Of a stretch of 64,000 bases of DNA, positions 28,001 to 36,500 are shown piece by piece (position 1 is the stretch's first letter; each line of letters starts with the position of its first letter). Both the position numbers and the translations under genes were made by a program. The notes beneath the pieces were generated by a model, which did no database searches, was not told where the DNA came from, and worked only from the letters and a program-made list of their open reading frames with translations. The DNA is taken from NCBI GenBank assembly GCA_030141605.1, contig JAQGDQ010000590.1, forward strand, positions 62,001 through 126,000, in the 5' to 3' direction. Source of the stretch: Tubiluchus corallicola. Taxonomy: Eukaryota; Animalia; Priapulida.

Positions 28001-31000
28001 TGAATCATTGCTGCTTTCGACATCCCCATTATTCCACTGCTGCCTGCCACAGCCCCTGCTTTACACCACCATCTCGAGTACCAGCATCTTCATCAACATC
28101 AGCTTCATCATGTCATTTCAAAAGTAGTTTTGTTTTGTGCGGTATAATTCAAAGCATCTTGCAAAATATAGGATAAAAAACAGACTTCACAACACTCTGC
28201 ACGTTCAGCAATAACAGTAATCTTTTCTGCATGCTTTGCCCAAGTTTTTAACTGTATTCCAGCTCACTTTCAGCAATAACAGCAATCTTTTCTGCAAGTT
28301 TTGTCCAAGTTTTTAACTGTATTCCAGCTCACATTCAGCAATAACGCCAATCTTTTCTGCAAGTTTTGTCCAAGTTTTTAACTGTATTCCAGCTCACATT
28401 CAGCAATAACAGTAATCTTTTCTGCAAGTTTTGTCATAGTTTTCAACTGTATTCCAGCTCACATTCAGCAATAACAGTAATCTTTTCTGCAAGTTTTGTC
28501 CAAACATTTTAACTGTATTCCAGCTCACATTCAGCAATAAGAGCAATCTTTTCTGCAAGTTTTGTGCAAATTTTTAACTGTATTCTGGCTCACATTCAGT
28601 AATAACAGTAATCTTTTCTGCAGATAGGCTGTTGGCATTTTGTTTCTTAATATTAAGTTTTTAGTCGACAGAGGACAGCACCACTGTTTATTTTCAGTAG
28701 CCTCATTCATAAAGTGTACCTTGCATATGCACTTATTATTGTTATTGGCATATATGTCCTTAATTTGGATATTAAGCATGATGGTACAGTCTTATCATAG
28801 AGACAGCATAAAGGTTTATAAAAATTCTACAATGCAGGGAGAATTCAGTATTTCAATTCATGAAAGAAAAATTCCTTATGGTTACTGAACAATTGCATCT
28901 TTTTCATAGGAACAAAGAAAAAGTTTTCTAGCTCAACTGGCAGCCATTAGTGACATGTCAGAGGCAGAACTACAGGCTGCAGTGGAAGATATTGTAGCTA
29001 GTACGTATTTCTTCATTAATTATGGTATAATTACTCCTTCTGTAGCTTCGTTCGACAGCAAATAATGCAATTACTTTTTCAAGTTTCCCCTAGATGGCAG
29101 ACAAAACAAATCGGTTCGTCACCATAGCAACGCCAACTTTACCAATGCCCTTTCTTTGTTGTTGGAAGGTACAGGAAGACAATGCGTGTTACAAACACCA
29201 TAGCAACCTCTTGTTCCAGCTAAGCTACGGCTTGCTGCTGTGTGAAATTTTAAAAAAATTTCTCTTGCTTGAGCAAATCCGCTAATACCCTTTAAAAGAG
29301 GTTTATTTATAGTACAAAACTGCATAAAACGCTTGATGAATTTACTCTAAACTCACAAAAACCTTAAAAAAGTTCTTGTCACAAAAATGTGATCATTACA
29401 GAGCTTAAGAATCGTCTTAATAGATCTGCTGGCTGTCTTTACCGGTAAATGAAGGAATTTTGTTCAAAAACTGAAATTTCTATAGGTTTTACATGTCAAA
29501 TATAGACCTACATTAAGACAAATGTAGATTTAGGTAACTCAAATGTAGACTTGGGTAGTTCAAATGGTTTTCAAGAAATCTTAAGCGTTTTTGGTAAGTC
29601 AAATGTGGACACATGTCAAGTCAAATGTGACATTGGTATCTCAAATGTGGATAGGTGGTAAAGTCTAAGGATGTTAAATTTAATCTCCTTTAATCTTAAT
29701 TTAATAATTGCTGTGAAAATAACTTTATAGGTCTACTAATAGTTCACTAATATTCTGTAAACTTTACATACCATTGGAACTGTTAGAGAAAACAATACAT
29801 TCTTAAAATAAACAATGTTTCTTGAGAGAAACTAATTCATTCATGCAGTGCTAATGTATTACTTAAAAACTAGTTAGTGATTCACTGTTCATTGGGAAGT
29901 GGGAACCAATTTATTCTTTGCTACTGACGTTACGGTTTATCAAAGAATTTAGGCTGAGGATAAACAACGCATTTTTCAAAGTTATGAAAGAGGTGATGAC
30001 TATCTTTGGTTTATCGTTTCGCAATTTACACTCAAATGAGTTAATTGCCGATTTATTCAAAGTAATGCATCTACATTTGACTTACCTAAGTCACATTTGA
30101 ACTTTCCTGTGTTTACATTTGACGTGTAAAACTTTTAAATGGCCAGCAAGTTAATCAGGTGTAATAATGAAACTGTAATGTAATTGCACTATTTGTGATT
30201 GTTTGATATGTTTTTCTTATGTCAGTGTGAGTGGCAACTCGTAGCTAAAATTACTGGGAGTGCTTCTATACAAAATTCTTTAGCCATTTTAATACTTTGT
30301 AAAACGAAACAAACACGTGTGATTTTGATGTTGTAATTGTAATTTTAAACAAACAAACATACGAACATTTATACATAACTTGATAAAATCCTAAACAAAA
30401 AGATATTTTTTGCTTACTAATAGCCCTAAATTGTCACAGTAGAAGCTTGATCCACTAACGGTAAACATGTGACAACTGAAAACAAACTGTGTGAGCGACA
30501 GTACTTTCTCTACCTGGACTCAGTCATGTGCACATGGCCACATGAACCCAACAGCCAAACATCGCATTGCTGCAATGCACTGTACTGGGCTGATAAGTAA
30601 ACCGTTCTACCCTCATGTGCTCTGGCTCTGTACAAGTATAAAGAAAGAACTAAAGAAAAAAGACTCATTATATTGAATATTATCGATAATATCAAGTGAA
30701 AATAGGGGGTCTTGCAGTTCCACAGTACCTATACGCGAGCTGCCACTAATCACTGTATTAACAAATGAATACTTCTGTCATAACCAGAGCTTTGACGTTA
30801 AAGGAAAGGACAAGTCACTCAGTATGTTGAGTTTATTTTACTGTTATGAGATTAAACTTAGAAAAATATAACAAAGAAAGAATGCATAAATTTAATTGAC
30901 ATTTCCACTGTGCAGAAATTTTCAGGCACGATGGTAGCCGCCATTCACTTGTAAACTATGACATAACTGGTGGACTTTTAGTAAGCGCCTTGTGTCTTTT

Positions 31001-31755
31001 CATAGGCTGCTTAAAGTAATTCAAACTTCTGCACTTAACCTAGTATTCATGCAAATGGTTCACAAAATCTAATCTTTTGTAAAATCTTTTCAACCTTTGA
31101 TGCAAATTGACTGCTTTTCTTAAATCGATGAATGACGTCATTGGTGGAAGAATGGGTGTTCAAAATATGAGCGGTCAAGCGTGAAAAGACGTCATTGGTG
31201 GAAAAATGGGTGTTCAAAATATGAGCGCTCAAGTCGACGAATGACGTCATTGGTGGAAGAATGGGTGATCAAAATATGAGCGCTCAAGTCGACGAATGAC
31301 GTCATTGGTGGTTGAATGGGTGATCAAAATATGAGCACTCATGCGTGAAATTACCGGGATTTTAAAGTGATTTTACTAATTAAATGACTCCCTTTTCATA
31401 CTCTTATTACTAAATCTTTCTAACGTTTTCCACGTATATTGAAATCAACCTGACTTTCCAGAATTCTTGACCTTTCCTTTAAATCTAGATTAAAAATCCG
31501 TTAACTTTGTCCGGAATGAACAAATTATCGACACGTAAACTAAACAGGAAGCTTTTCTTTACAGAAGGGAGCAACAAGGAGAGCCGGAAACAGGCCAAGC
31601 AGCTGATAAGAGATCTAAAGAAGAGGCTGAAAGAGGCGAGGGAGAAACTGTACAAAGCAGAAAAGAACGAGAGAAGGAGGAAAGGAGATGGTAGCAACAA
31701 CGGCAAACGTGATGTTGATGATGGTGGCGGCGACACAGAGAATAAAAACTTGTGA
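326..31755 (+). CDS. EVC: EVC-like (Ellis-van Creveld/limbin family) coiled-coil protein, 5'-partial, 20 coding exons in window
   Basis: Exons 326-410, 2125-2277, 2567-2650, 3400-3474, 5616-5699, 6573-6789, 8427-8575, 9201-9299, 10089-10230, 11188-11255, 12440-12549, 13846-13935, 15311-15425, 16578-16721, 17777-17839, 19024-19199, 20691-20741, 27223-27379, 28910-29000, 31565-31755. All have AG/GT boundaries and matching phases, giving one open frame of about 780 aa ending ...GDTENKNL*. Segments QLENELWRDRNMLLMQVMQILL, KRWEEEYAATEAEQTSLTEYQDAAVVKVI, AVIGRQQVGRARRNAA and KSFLAQLAAIS resemble, in the same order, segments of vertebrate EVC as I recall them. The gene structure is well supported; the family call is less certain. 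Confidence 0.7.
943..1399. mobile_element. hAT (Charlie-like) MITE with a perfect 8-bp target-site duplication
   Basis: TIRs cagtggctcttaacct / aggttaccaaccactg; TSD ctctatga at 935-942 and 1400-1407. Confidence 0.85.
1470..1910. repeat. 54-bp minisatellite, about 8 copies
   Basis: Unit cattattgtcatcatttcaggaggagaaagcaaagactaggtagaatgtttgtg. Confidence 0.9.
2125..2277 (+). CDS. EVC-like exon (LLMQVMQILLNRLHK...QAAEL)
   Basis: ttttcag|ctg...ctg|gtgagt, 153 nt, phase 0-0. Confidence 0.85.
2567..2650 (+). CDS. EVC-like exon (RINADDSLSPETAESELERLQTELVYKM)
   Basis: atttag|cgg...atg|gtacgt, 84 nt, phase 0-0. Confidence 0.8.
2736..3170. repeat. (GAT)n microsatellite / low-complexity sequence
   Basis: Direct inspection. 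Confidence 0.9.
3400..3474 (+). CDS. EVC-like exon (NDSVKDEEERIRRDFVKVAGLSEKE)
   Basis: ttttcccag|aat...gag|gtacag, 75 nt, phase 0-0. Confidence 0.8.
3590..4530. repeat. ~126-bp tandem array (about 7.5 copies) containing the family A transposon terminus
   Basis: 'ttaaaggaaagtacaagtcac' recurs at 3706, 3832 and onward. Confidence 0.9.
5616..5699 (+). CDS. EVC-like exon (AEAAMVEFLQDMTRVDALLAERYAHESQ)
   Basis: tttcttag|gcc...cag|gtatgt, 84 nt, phase 0-0. Confidence 0.85.
6573..6789 (+). CDS. EVC-like exon (KIQHQLSQRLLAAEL...QEKSEA)
   Basis: ttcacag|aaa...gcag|gtctgt, 217 nt, phase 0-1. Confidence 0.8.
7765..8086. repeat. 40-bp minisatellite, about 8 copies
   Basis: Unit agctaccatgtggtcagccacccattcactgaacgagcat. 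Confidence 0.9.
8427..8575 (+). CDS. EVC-like exon (WLKQQAMLVERLQEKR...TDMEK)
   Basis: ggacag|ga...aag|gtatag, phase 1-0; an alternative in-frame donor is possible at 8552. Confidence 0.75.
8630..9165. repeat. (GA)n purine-rich microsatellite
   Basis: Direct inspection. Confidence 0.95.
9201..9299 (+). CDS. EVC-like exon (SYRDYIEKQKRQMHDVLDEID...DKLLK)
   Basis: ttttcag|tcc...aag|gtaaag, 99 nt, phase 0-0. Confidence 0.8.
9532..10119. repeat. 63/52-bp tandem array spanning an intron-exon junction
   Basis: Unit tcacaattaatgcaatgagttatttttttcag|gacattaaaattcagagggacaaggagttac, about 10 copies. Confidence 0.9.
10089..10230 (+). CDS. EVC-like exon (DVKIQRDKELQTADEAFINKLQDH...RSFT); acceptor is tandemly duplicated
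   Basis: ttttccag|gac...caa|gtatgt, phase 0-1; in-frame alternative exon starts at 9900, 9963 and 10026. Confidence 0.75.
10454..11172. repeat. 18-bp minisatellite, about 39 copies
   Basis: Unit gtattgatagatcttcgc. Confidence 0.95.
11188..11255 (+). CDS. EVC-like exon (AKELEKQQYAAILQDRLSDREK)
   Basis: cttacag|ga...aag|gtgaga, phase 1-0. Confidence 0.85.
11640..12425 (+). mobile_element. 5'-truncated non-LTR retrotransposon (LINE) 3' end
   Basis: ORF 11749-12108 TKLRFSSQSLAIETGRH...ERYSTQC...IEDKTHLHLHCSRYEQLR is the decayed C-terminal CCHC-type region typical of LINE ORF2; followed by an AT-rich 3' UTR ending aataaatatat. Confidence 0.75.
12440..12549 (+). CDS. EVC-like exon (RWEEEYAATEAEQ...MGVDK)
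   Basis: gatgcag|aga...ga|gtaagt, phase 0-2. Confidence 0.85.
13846..13935 (+). CDS. EVC-like exon (ARTQILTEHQHNMQMLNNKLMMSKHRQHK)
   Basis: ttttcag|a...at|gtgagt, phase 2-2. Confidence 0.85.
15311..15425 (+). CDS. EVC-like exon (LVRKLNTKRAQLAAQRQNRHG...DKSY)
   Basis: tttttctag|t...tac|gtgagt, phase 2-0. Confidence 0.85.
15493..16095 (-). mobile_element. Non-autonomous TTAA-flanked element, family B
   Basis: ttaa|aggaaa...tcatcctgtcttcct|ttaa; reverse-complement homolog of 25250-25867 and 38249-38805. Confidence 0.6.
16578..16721 (+). CDS. EVC-like exon (GEIEMQERTLQLEYEQALAELRRK...GRQQ)
   Basis: attgcag|ggt...cag|gtacgc, 144 nt, phase 0-0. Confidence 0.85.
17152..17660 (+). mobile_element. 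MITE family D with CAGTGGCG(G/A)CTC-type TIRs
   Basis: cagtggcgactc...gagccgccaatg; homologous copies at 30230-30748, 51690-52018 (reverse) and 55790-56008; no clear TSD. Confidence 0.6.
17777..17839 (+). CDS. EVC-like exon (VGRARRNAAIQRQDKTIQQLE)
   Basis: gttttag|gta...gag|gttagt, 63 nt, phase 0-0. Confidence 0.8.
19024..19199 (+). CDS. EVC-like exon (AQIADRVVQADSNAYTTEQILHQH...KLLKE)
   Basis: tattcag|gct...ag|gtattg, phase 0-2. Confidence 0.85.
20691..20741 (+). CDS. EVC-like exon (NAESVHNVPVHETKHR)
   Basis: ttggcag|g...gg|gtaagt, 51 nt, phase 2-2. Confidence 0.7.
20810..21015. repeat. (GT)n/(ATGT)n microsatellite (another at 20410-20545)
   Basis: Direct inspection. Confidence 0.9.
22480..24120 (+). 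CDS. CPNE: Copine (C2A-C2B-vWA Ca2+-dependent phospholipid-binding protein), intronless, 546 aa, most like the CPNE1/2/3 type
   Basis: Uninterrupted ORF with gccaccATG Kozak context at 22480. C2A motifs KDVSSKSDP and YFFEEVQKLRFSVYDVD, C2B motifs KKDFLNKSDPF and CFDEDDDGSHDLIG, and vWA motifs FLDYIFGG, DFTASNG, QDYDADKMFP, LYGPTN, LPMSIIIVGVG, RDIVQFVPF and VLAEVP are all canonical copine motifs. Confidence 0.95.
   Translation: MLQPPSAQFAQMSFGPVVKVELRVQCTNLLSKDVSSKSDPMLVLETKDDQQKWFELGRTENMKNELNPQFTKTFELDYFFEEVQKLRFSVYDVDNETESLRDDDFLGRMKTTLGAIVSRTPYEEQLLSKKGSPIEDSKIKVSAEEIRGPNEFLLMQWRGKQLDKKDFLNKSDPFLEFLRLSASGNYEVVHRTEVIRNTLNPNWTPAKISLRALATGDNDSEILVRCFDEDDDGSHDLIGQFTTSPSELRDVAANNASKEFQCINPKKQEKKKYKNSGIIELVSCKLGREHTFLDYIFGGLQLNFTVGFDFTASNGNPLDPNSLHYINPHQPNEYMLATMAVGNVVQDYDADKMFPVLGFGARLPPSWQLSHEFAVNFNPTNPFCAGVQGILDAYRSCVAQVQLYGPTNVAPIINHVANFASQASVQGYASHYYILLLLTDGAITDMVETTCAIVNASRLPMSIIIVGVGPADFTAMNFLDSDDGLLRTPYGQTALRDIVQFVPFRKFASTSKERMAKEVLAEVPRQVTDYFTKLGIQPLNQHPPPS
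24191..24610. repeat. 72-bp tandem array (about 6 copies) at the left end of the family A element
   Basis: taaaggaaag recurs at 24192, 24264 and onward. Confidence 0.9.
24195..25099 (+). mobile_element. Non-autonomous TTAA-flanked element, family A (Kolobok-like)
   Basis: ttaa|aggaaag...cttttcct|ttaa; interior homologous to 30802-31478 and 4460-4750. Confidence 0.65.
25250..25867 (+). mobile_element. Non-autonomous TTAA-flanked element, family B
   Basis: ttaa|aggagacatgatg...ggttttgct|ttaa; colinear with 38249-38805. Confidence 0.6.
26155..26620. repeat. GTG-rich low-complexity repeat
   Basis: Degenerate gtggtgcaatgtg... units; a similar tract lies at 21370-21565. Confidence 0.8.
27223..27379 (+). 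CDS. EVC-like exon (SDVADVEHSESE...QLKEALM)
   Basis: gatgcag|g...atg|gtaagt, phase 2-0. Confidence 0.8.
28206..28622. repeat. 65-bp minisatellite, about 6 copies
   Basis: cagcaataac recurs at 28271, 28336 and onward. Confidence 0.9.
28910..29000 (+). CDS. EVC-like exon (EQRKSFLAQLAAISDMSEAELQAAVEDIVA)
   Basis: tttcatag|gaa...a|gtacgt, phase 0-1. Confidence 0.85.
30802..31478 (+). mobile_element. Non-autonomous TTAA-flanked element, family A (Kolobok-like)
   Basis: ttaa|aggaaaggacaag...cttgacctttcct|ttaa (13-bp TIR with 1 mismatch); contains about 4 internal ~50-bp repeats at 31130-31345. Confidence 0.7.
31565..31755 (+). CDS. EVC-like terminal coding exon (GSNKESRKQAKQLIRDLKKR...ENKNL*)
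   Basis: ctttacag|aa, phase 1, TGA ends at 31755; AATAAA hexamers at about 31985-32055. Confidence 0.85.
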
Positions 31756-32079
31756 ATATCTGTGATTTTTAGCATAGATTCTAGTTATGTTAAACCACAG
31801 TGATCTTAAAAGAATTTTAATTGCATTTCTAGTCACTGTATATAATTAATTTACAATAGTTTGACTTTTAAAAGCAGTAGCTCAAACCTTCTGAAAACAC
31901 AGATGTAACAATGAATTTAGTTAACAATGTACAAGATAAAATTACAAGATGATGTATAAAGCACTCAATGTATGCCAGCAAAACAATAAAGAAATCAATT
32001 AATTTGTATCACATCAGAAAATAAAACATTGATTAAGTTTTTGTTGTCAATAAAAATGGGACTTAACCATGCTGTATAA

Positions 32080-32630
32080 AAATGTAAACTTAAACTTTCG
32101 TGTTGACCGCTAGACGTAGCCATTCTGACGCTAAATCATTTGAAACAAGTTTAAATAACAGTAAAGTTTGGAAAAATAATCAGACCTTGCGTAGCATACA
32201 TGTTACTAACTGCATAAAATTTAAAATTACTTGTGAATAAGATTAAAAATACATTTATGATTAGTGATTGGCGCACCCTGGAGGGTGATTCAGTGACATT
32301 TTACAATTTGGTGAAAACATTTAAATAATTAATAATTTTCTTTTCTAGTTACATAAGTCTTTCCAGCAGGTAAGCATAATGCTAAGTGATGTAGATTTGC
32401 ACGGAAAGTTTTTTGGGTCATAATTTAACATTGCCTTTTCTTCCTCTGATTTACGTGGCGCAGTGACGTCATGTAATGGCGACTTCGGAACAGTATTGCG
32501 GGAGATTTAAAATGAAAACAAACAAAAATTCCTTTCAATGCGAGCGCCATATACGCATAAAATTGCTGTAAAGTCATATAATTTTTGAAGGCGATTTTTC
32601 TGAAACTTCAGGTACCCCTTTTCTTGTCCT
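32080..32630 (-). mobile_element. Dispersed element family C copy, in the convergent EVC/spondin 3' region
   Basis: Ends ggtaccccttttcttgtcct|ttaa, the reverse complement of the 57374 start. Confidence 0.6.
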
Positions 32631-33532
32631 TTAAAGATGTATAAACGTGTGTCAAATGCCTTCGTCTAGTTTGCACTGAAAATGGTGGACACACATTTTA
32701 CTCTAGTTGCAAATTTTAGCAATTCTTACTCAAAATTTAACGGGCATTTATTTTTTTAACTTGTTTTAAAATCTCGGTATCTCGGGACAAATTAATGTTT
32801 ATACACAAGCTATGGTTCATTTTCTTCGTATATAACATCGTGATCAAAAGTTGGGCACATTTTTTGCACCACCCAATATGTTCATTGTTATATATGTAAT
32901 GTAGTTGCTTGTGTGTTCAAACACAAAGTAATCAATATTTAATTTTATTATTATTGTTTAAATTCGAATTTGCAATGCACAACATATGTATGTATATAAA
33001 ATCATTATTTAACTTTATTATTATTGTTTAAATTCGAATTTGCAATACACAACATATGTATGTATATAATATAATATAATATAATATAAATGTAAATTTT
33101 ATTTATGTTATCTGCATAACCAATATGGCTGCTACAACATTTGTGAGTATCCATTATTTAGATCAGTTTTTCAACTGCATGGCCACAAAATGAGGTAAAT
33201 TATTAAAAATAAACTAGCAAACTCCAGGTGGGTAACTGAAAATCCAAATCTTGTAAATATTTGAAAATGCTAACATTTTGTTTATAAATAAACTTATATA
33301 AACGTACAAAAGATGAAGATATTTGTTGATGTTTGTTGCTTACAATCGACGATGATACATTCCTAACTCTCAGAGAATGTCACGGCCAAGATAAGTGCAA
33401 TCAATCATATTCCTTTGATCACGATGAATTCAACCAATCACAGTCCTTCACCGGGATGAATCTATCCAATCAGAATCCTTTTTGCTCATGACGAGTACGA
33501 GTCCAACCAGCCACATTCCTTGTTTCTTGTGA

Positions 33533-36500
33533 TCAGTACGAATCCAACCAATCGCAGTCCACTGTGCATGTTTCCGCTTCTCGGAGTGGAGGGCATGGCA
33601 GGCCTCCATTTCTGGCCTTCTTTATCACTAGCCTCCGTCTGACTCGCGCGCCGAAACCACAGGTCTCGCTGCACTGGCTCCATTCGCCCCAATCGCCAAC
33701 TCTGCAGTTCCGAGGTTTCCTCTTCCGCCCCTCCCTTCTCCTCTTGCTCCTCCTCATGTGTTTGTCGTCAGGATAGTAAACGTGCTGGATGGTTTCCATC
33801 TGTCCCGCAGATGGATTAACGCCCATCGGCTCCATCGCCGTCGTGTCCTGTTGCCGAATCAGATCCAGTAACTCTTTCTTGAATTCCTCCTCATAGGAAT
33901 CATCAGTTTCCGGTACTCTATCTCTGCCATTTGACTTCAGATCTTCTCTTCTTTTGTGGTAGTCTGGAATATTAGGTCGTCTGATCTTCAACTTCGCAAT
34001 CTGGTCGCGAAGTTTCTGGAAATATTCCTTGCGTTCTTCAACGCTGAGTTTTTTAACGGAAGATCGATCATTGTTTTTCTGCACTTGCACTTCTAATGTT
34101 GGCTTCTTTGTGCCCATAAGCTTTTCCTCGTTTATCTTCTCCAAATGTCCTTGCGCAACTCCTTCGACCAGTTCGTACTCGGCCAGCTTTTTGATGACCA
34201 CGTGTCCGACACTTTGAATTTTCTCCTGCGGCATTGTTGATTTCATTTGATGCAATATCCACTTCTGCGCACCAAAGGTCACTCCACTTTCGGTATCGTC
34301 TTCTATGGGATAGAGGTCGATGCTTATGCTGTCTGTCCAAATGCCTCTGTCGCATAATTCTAGATCTTGAATTCCAGTAAACCAGTCTGAACCAGTCATG
34401 CGAACTGTTACTGAAACCTGGAAAGAATAAAGGATGCAAGAGTCGGTTGCCACTTGTAAAAAAGCTCATTAACTGTTTGATAAATCAGTTGCTTAAGTTT
34501 TCTTTGACGTAGTGGATCACTGGATCGTTGACAGCTCATGCATGCACTTGGTGGATGACTGGATCGTGGACTTGAAGCGGTGGACAGAATGGATGGATCA
34601 AAAGATATACAGGTGGTTAGGTTTATGTTCGTTGCTTAGTTTGTCTGTTAATCAGGTAATTATAATGCTTTTGTTTGTTCGTCTGTCTGTCCTTAACTGT
34701 GATTAATAGGAAGTAAATCGTTAATCTTTCGAAGTGGAATTGAAACTAAAATTTTATTTGGTCAACCGGAAGTTCAACGCACATCAAGAGCTCGACATGG
34801 TCAAGTAGCACTTGACCAAGCAGCTGACCAACATTTTCTCCTGGCAAGTAATGAAATTTTAAAGCAAAAGAACTATTTATGTTTGTGAACTATTTTTTTC
34901 AAATAAATGTGTGGCAAATCACAAATCATTTTTGCTGCTGCATTTAGAAATTTTTCTTCCCTTCTGCTGTCCCTGGTGTGTGCGTAGTGTCTGCAGTGGT
35001 GGCAGCACAGTCACTGATATCATTGTTGTTGACGATAGGTGGCAGTGGTTTCGTAATAACCACTCATTCACAATGATTACTGATTTTGGTCATTTTTACG
35101 GTCATGTTTACAGTTTAACACACTACAAGTACTTGTAAATACTGAACTATATTACCTGACTGTGCGCCCCATCACAAAAGAATTCGCAAGAAGAGTTGCC
35201 AACACCCTGGTCCACTGCCGGTGCCGTAAAGACGTCGAACACCCCCTGGTGACCTTGAACTACGTCATCAAAGTCTTCAGTCTCCCCTGCTTCGCTTGCT
35301 AGGTCGTGTTCAGCCCACACGGTGGATTTCTCAGAGTGGCTTCTACCTGTGTGAAAAAGTGTTATGTACTTCAATAATTTTGCACATGTCTAACATAAGA
35401 TAAGACACGGTAACATAATATAAGGTAAGGTAAGGTAAGGTAAGATGAGAAGAGAGGATGTAAGGTGAGGTGACATAAGGTAAGGTAAGCAGAGATGATG
35501 CAAGTGAGGTAGGTTAAGACAGGATAAGGTAAACAGAGTTGAAATTGAGGTGAGGTGAGGTAAATTAAAGTAAGCAGGGACGAAGTAAGATGAGGGGAGG
35601 TATGTTAAGGCAACAGAAAGGTAAGTCTATTAGCGTAAGATGAGATGGGGTAAAAAAAAAGCTAAGTACGGTGGGGTGAGATTAGGTGAGGTAGTGAACT
35701 AAAATGTGGTGAGGTAAAGTAAGCAGAGGTGAAGTAAGATAAGATGAGGTGGCTGAAGCAAGATGATGTTAGGTAATGTAAGAAAAAGCAAGGTCGGATG
35801 AGGTAGTGAAGTAAGATGAAATGAGATAAGGTAAAATGAGATGAAGTAAGGTAAGGTGAGGTGGGGCGAAGCAAGATGATATTAGTTAATTAAGGTAAGG
35901 TTTGGTAGAGTGAGATAGTAAACTAAATGATGTGAGGTAAGGTAATGTAAAGTAAGGTGGAATGAGAAAATGAGACGAGTTGAAGTATAGGGTAACATGA
36001 GGTGAGGTGAGGTAGTGAAGTGAGATAAGGTGACGTAAGGTAACATGATGCGAAGTAAAACGAGGTAAGGTAACGAGTGGTAATACAAAATAAACAAAAC
36101 TTTATTCTAGGTAAAAAACAAACTATTAAAACACTAAAGTGGTTAAAATGCACTACATTTAGACATCATATCAATGCACTACTGCACAACATTTAGACAT
36201 GATGTCAATGTACTAATGCACTATATTTAGACACGATGTCAATGTACTAATGCACTATATTTAGACACGATGTCAATGTACTAATGCACTATATTTAGAC
36301 ATGATGTCAATGTACTAATGCACTATATTTAGACATGATGTCAATGTACTAATGCACTACATTTAGACACGATGTCAATGTACTAATGCACTATATTTAG
36401 ACACGATGTCAATGTACTAATGCTCCACATTTAGACATGATATCAATGTACTACTGCACTACATTTAGACATGATGTCAATGTACTAATGCACTATATTT

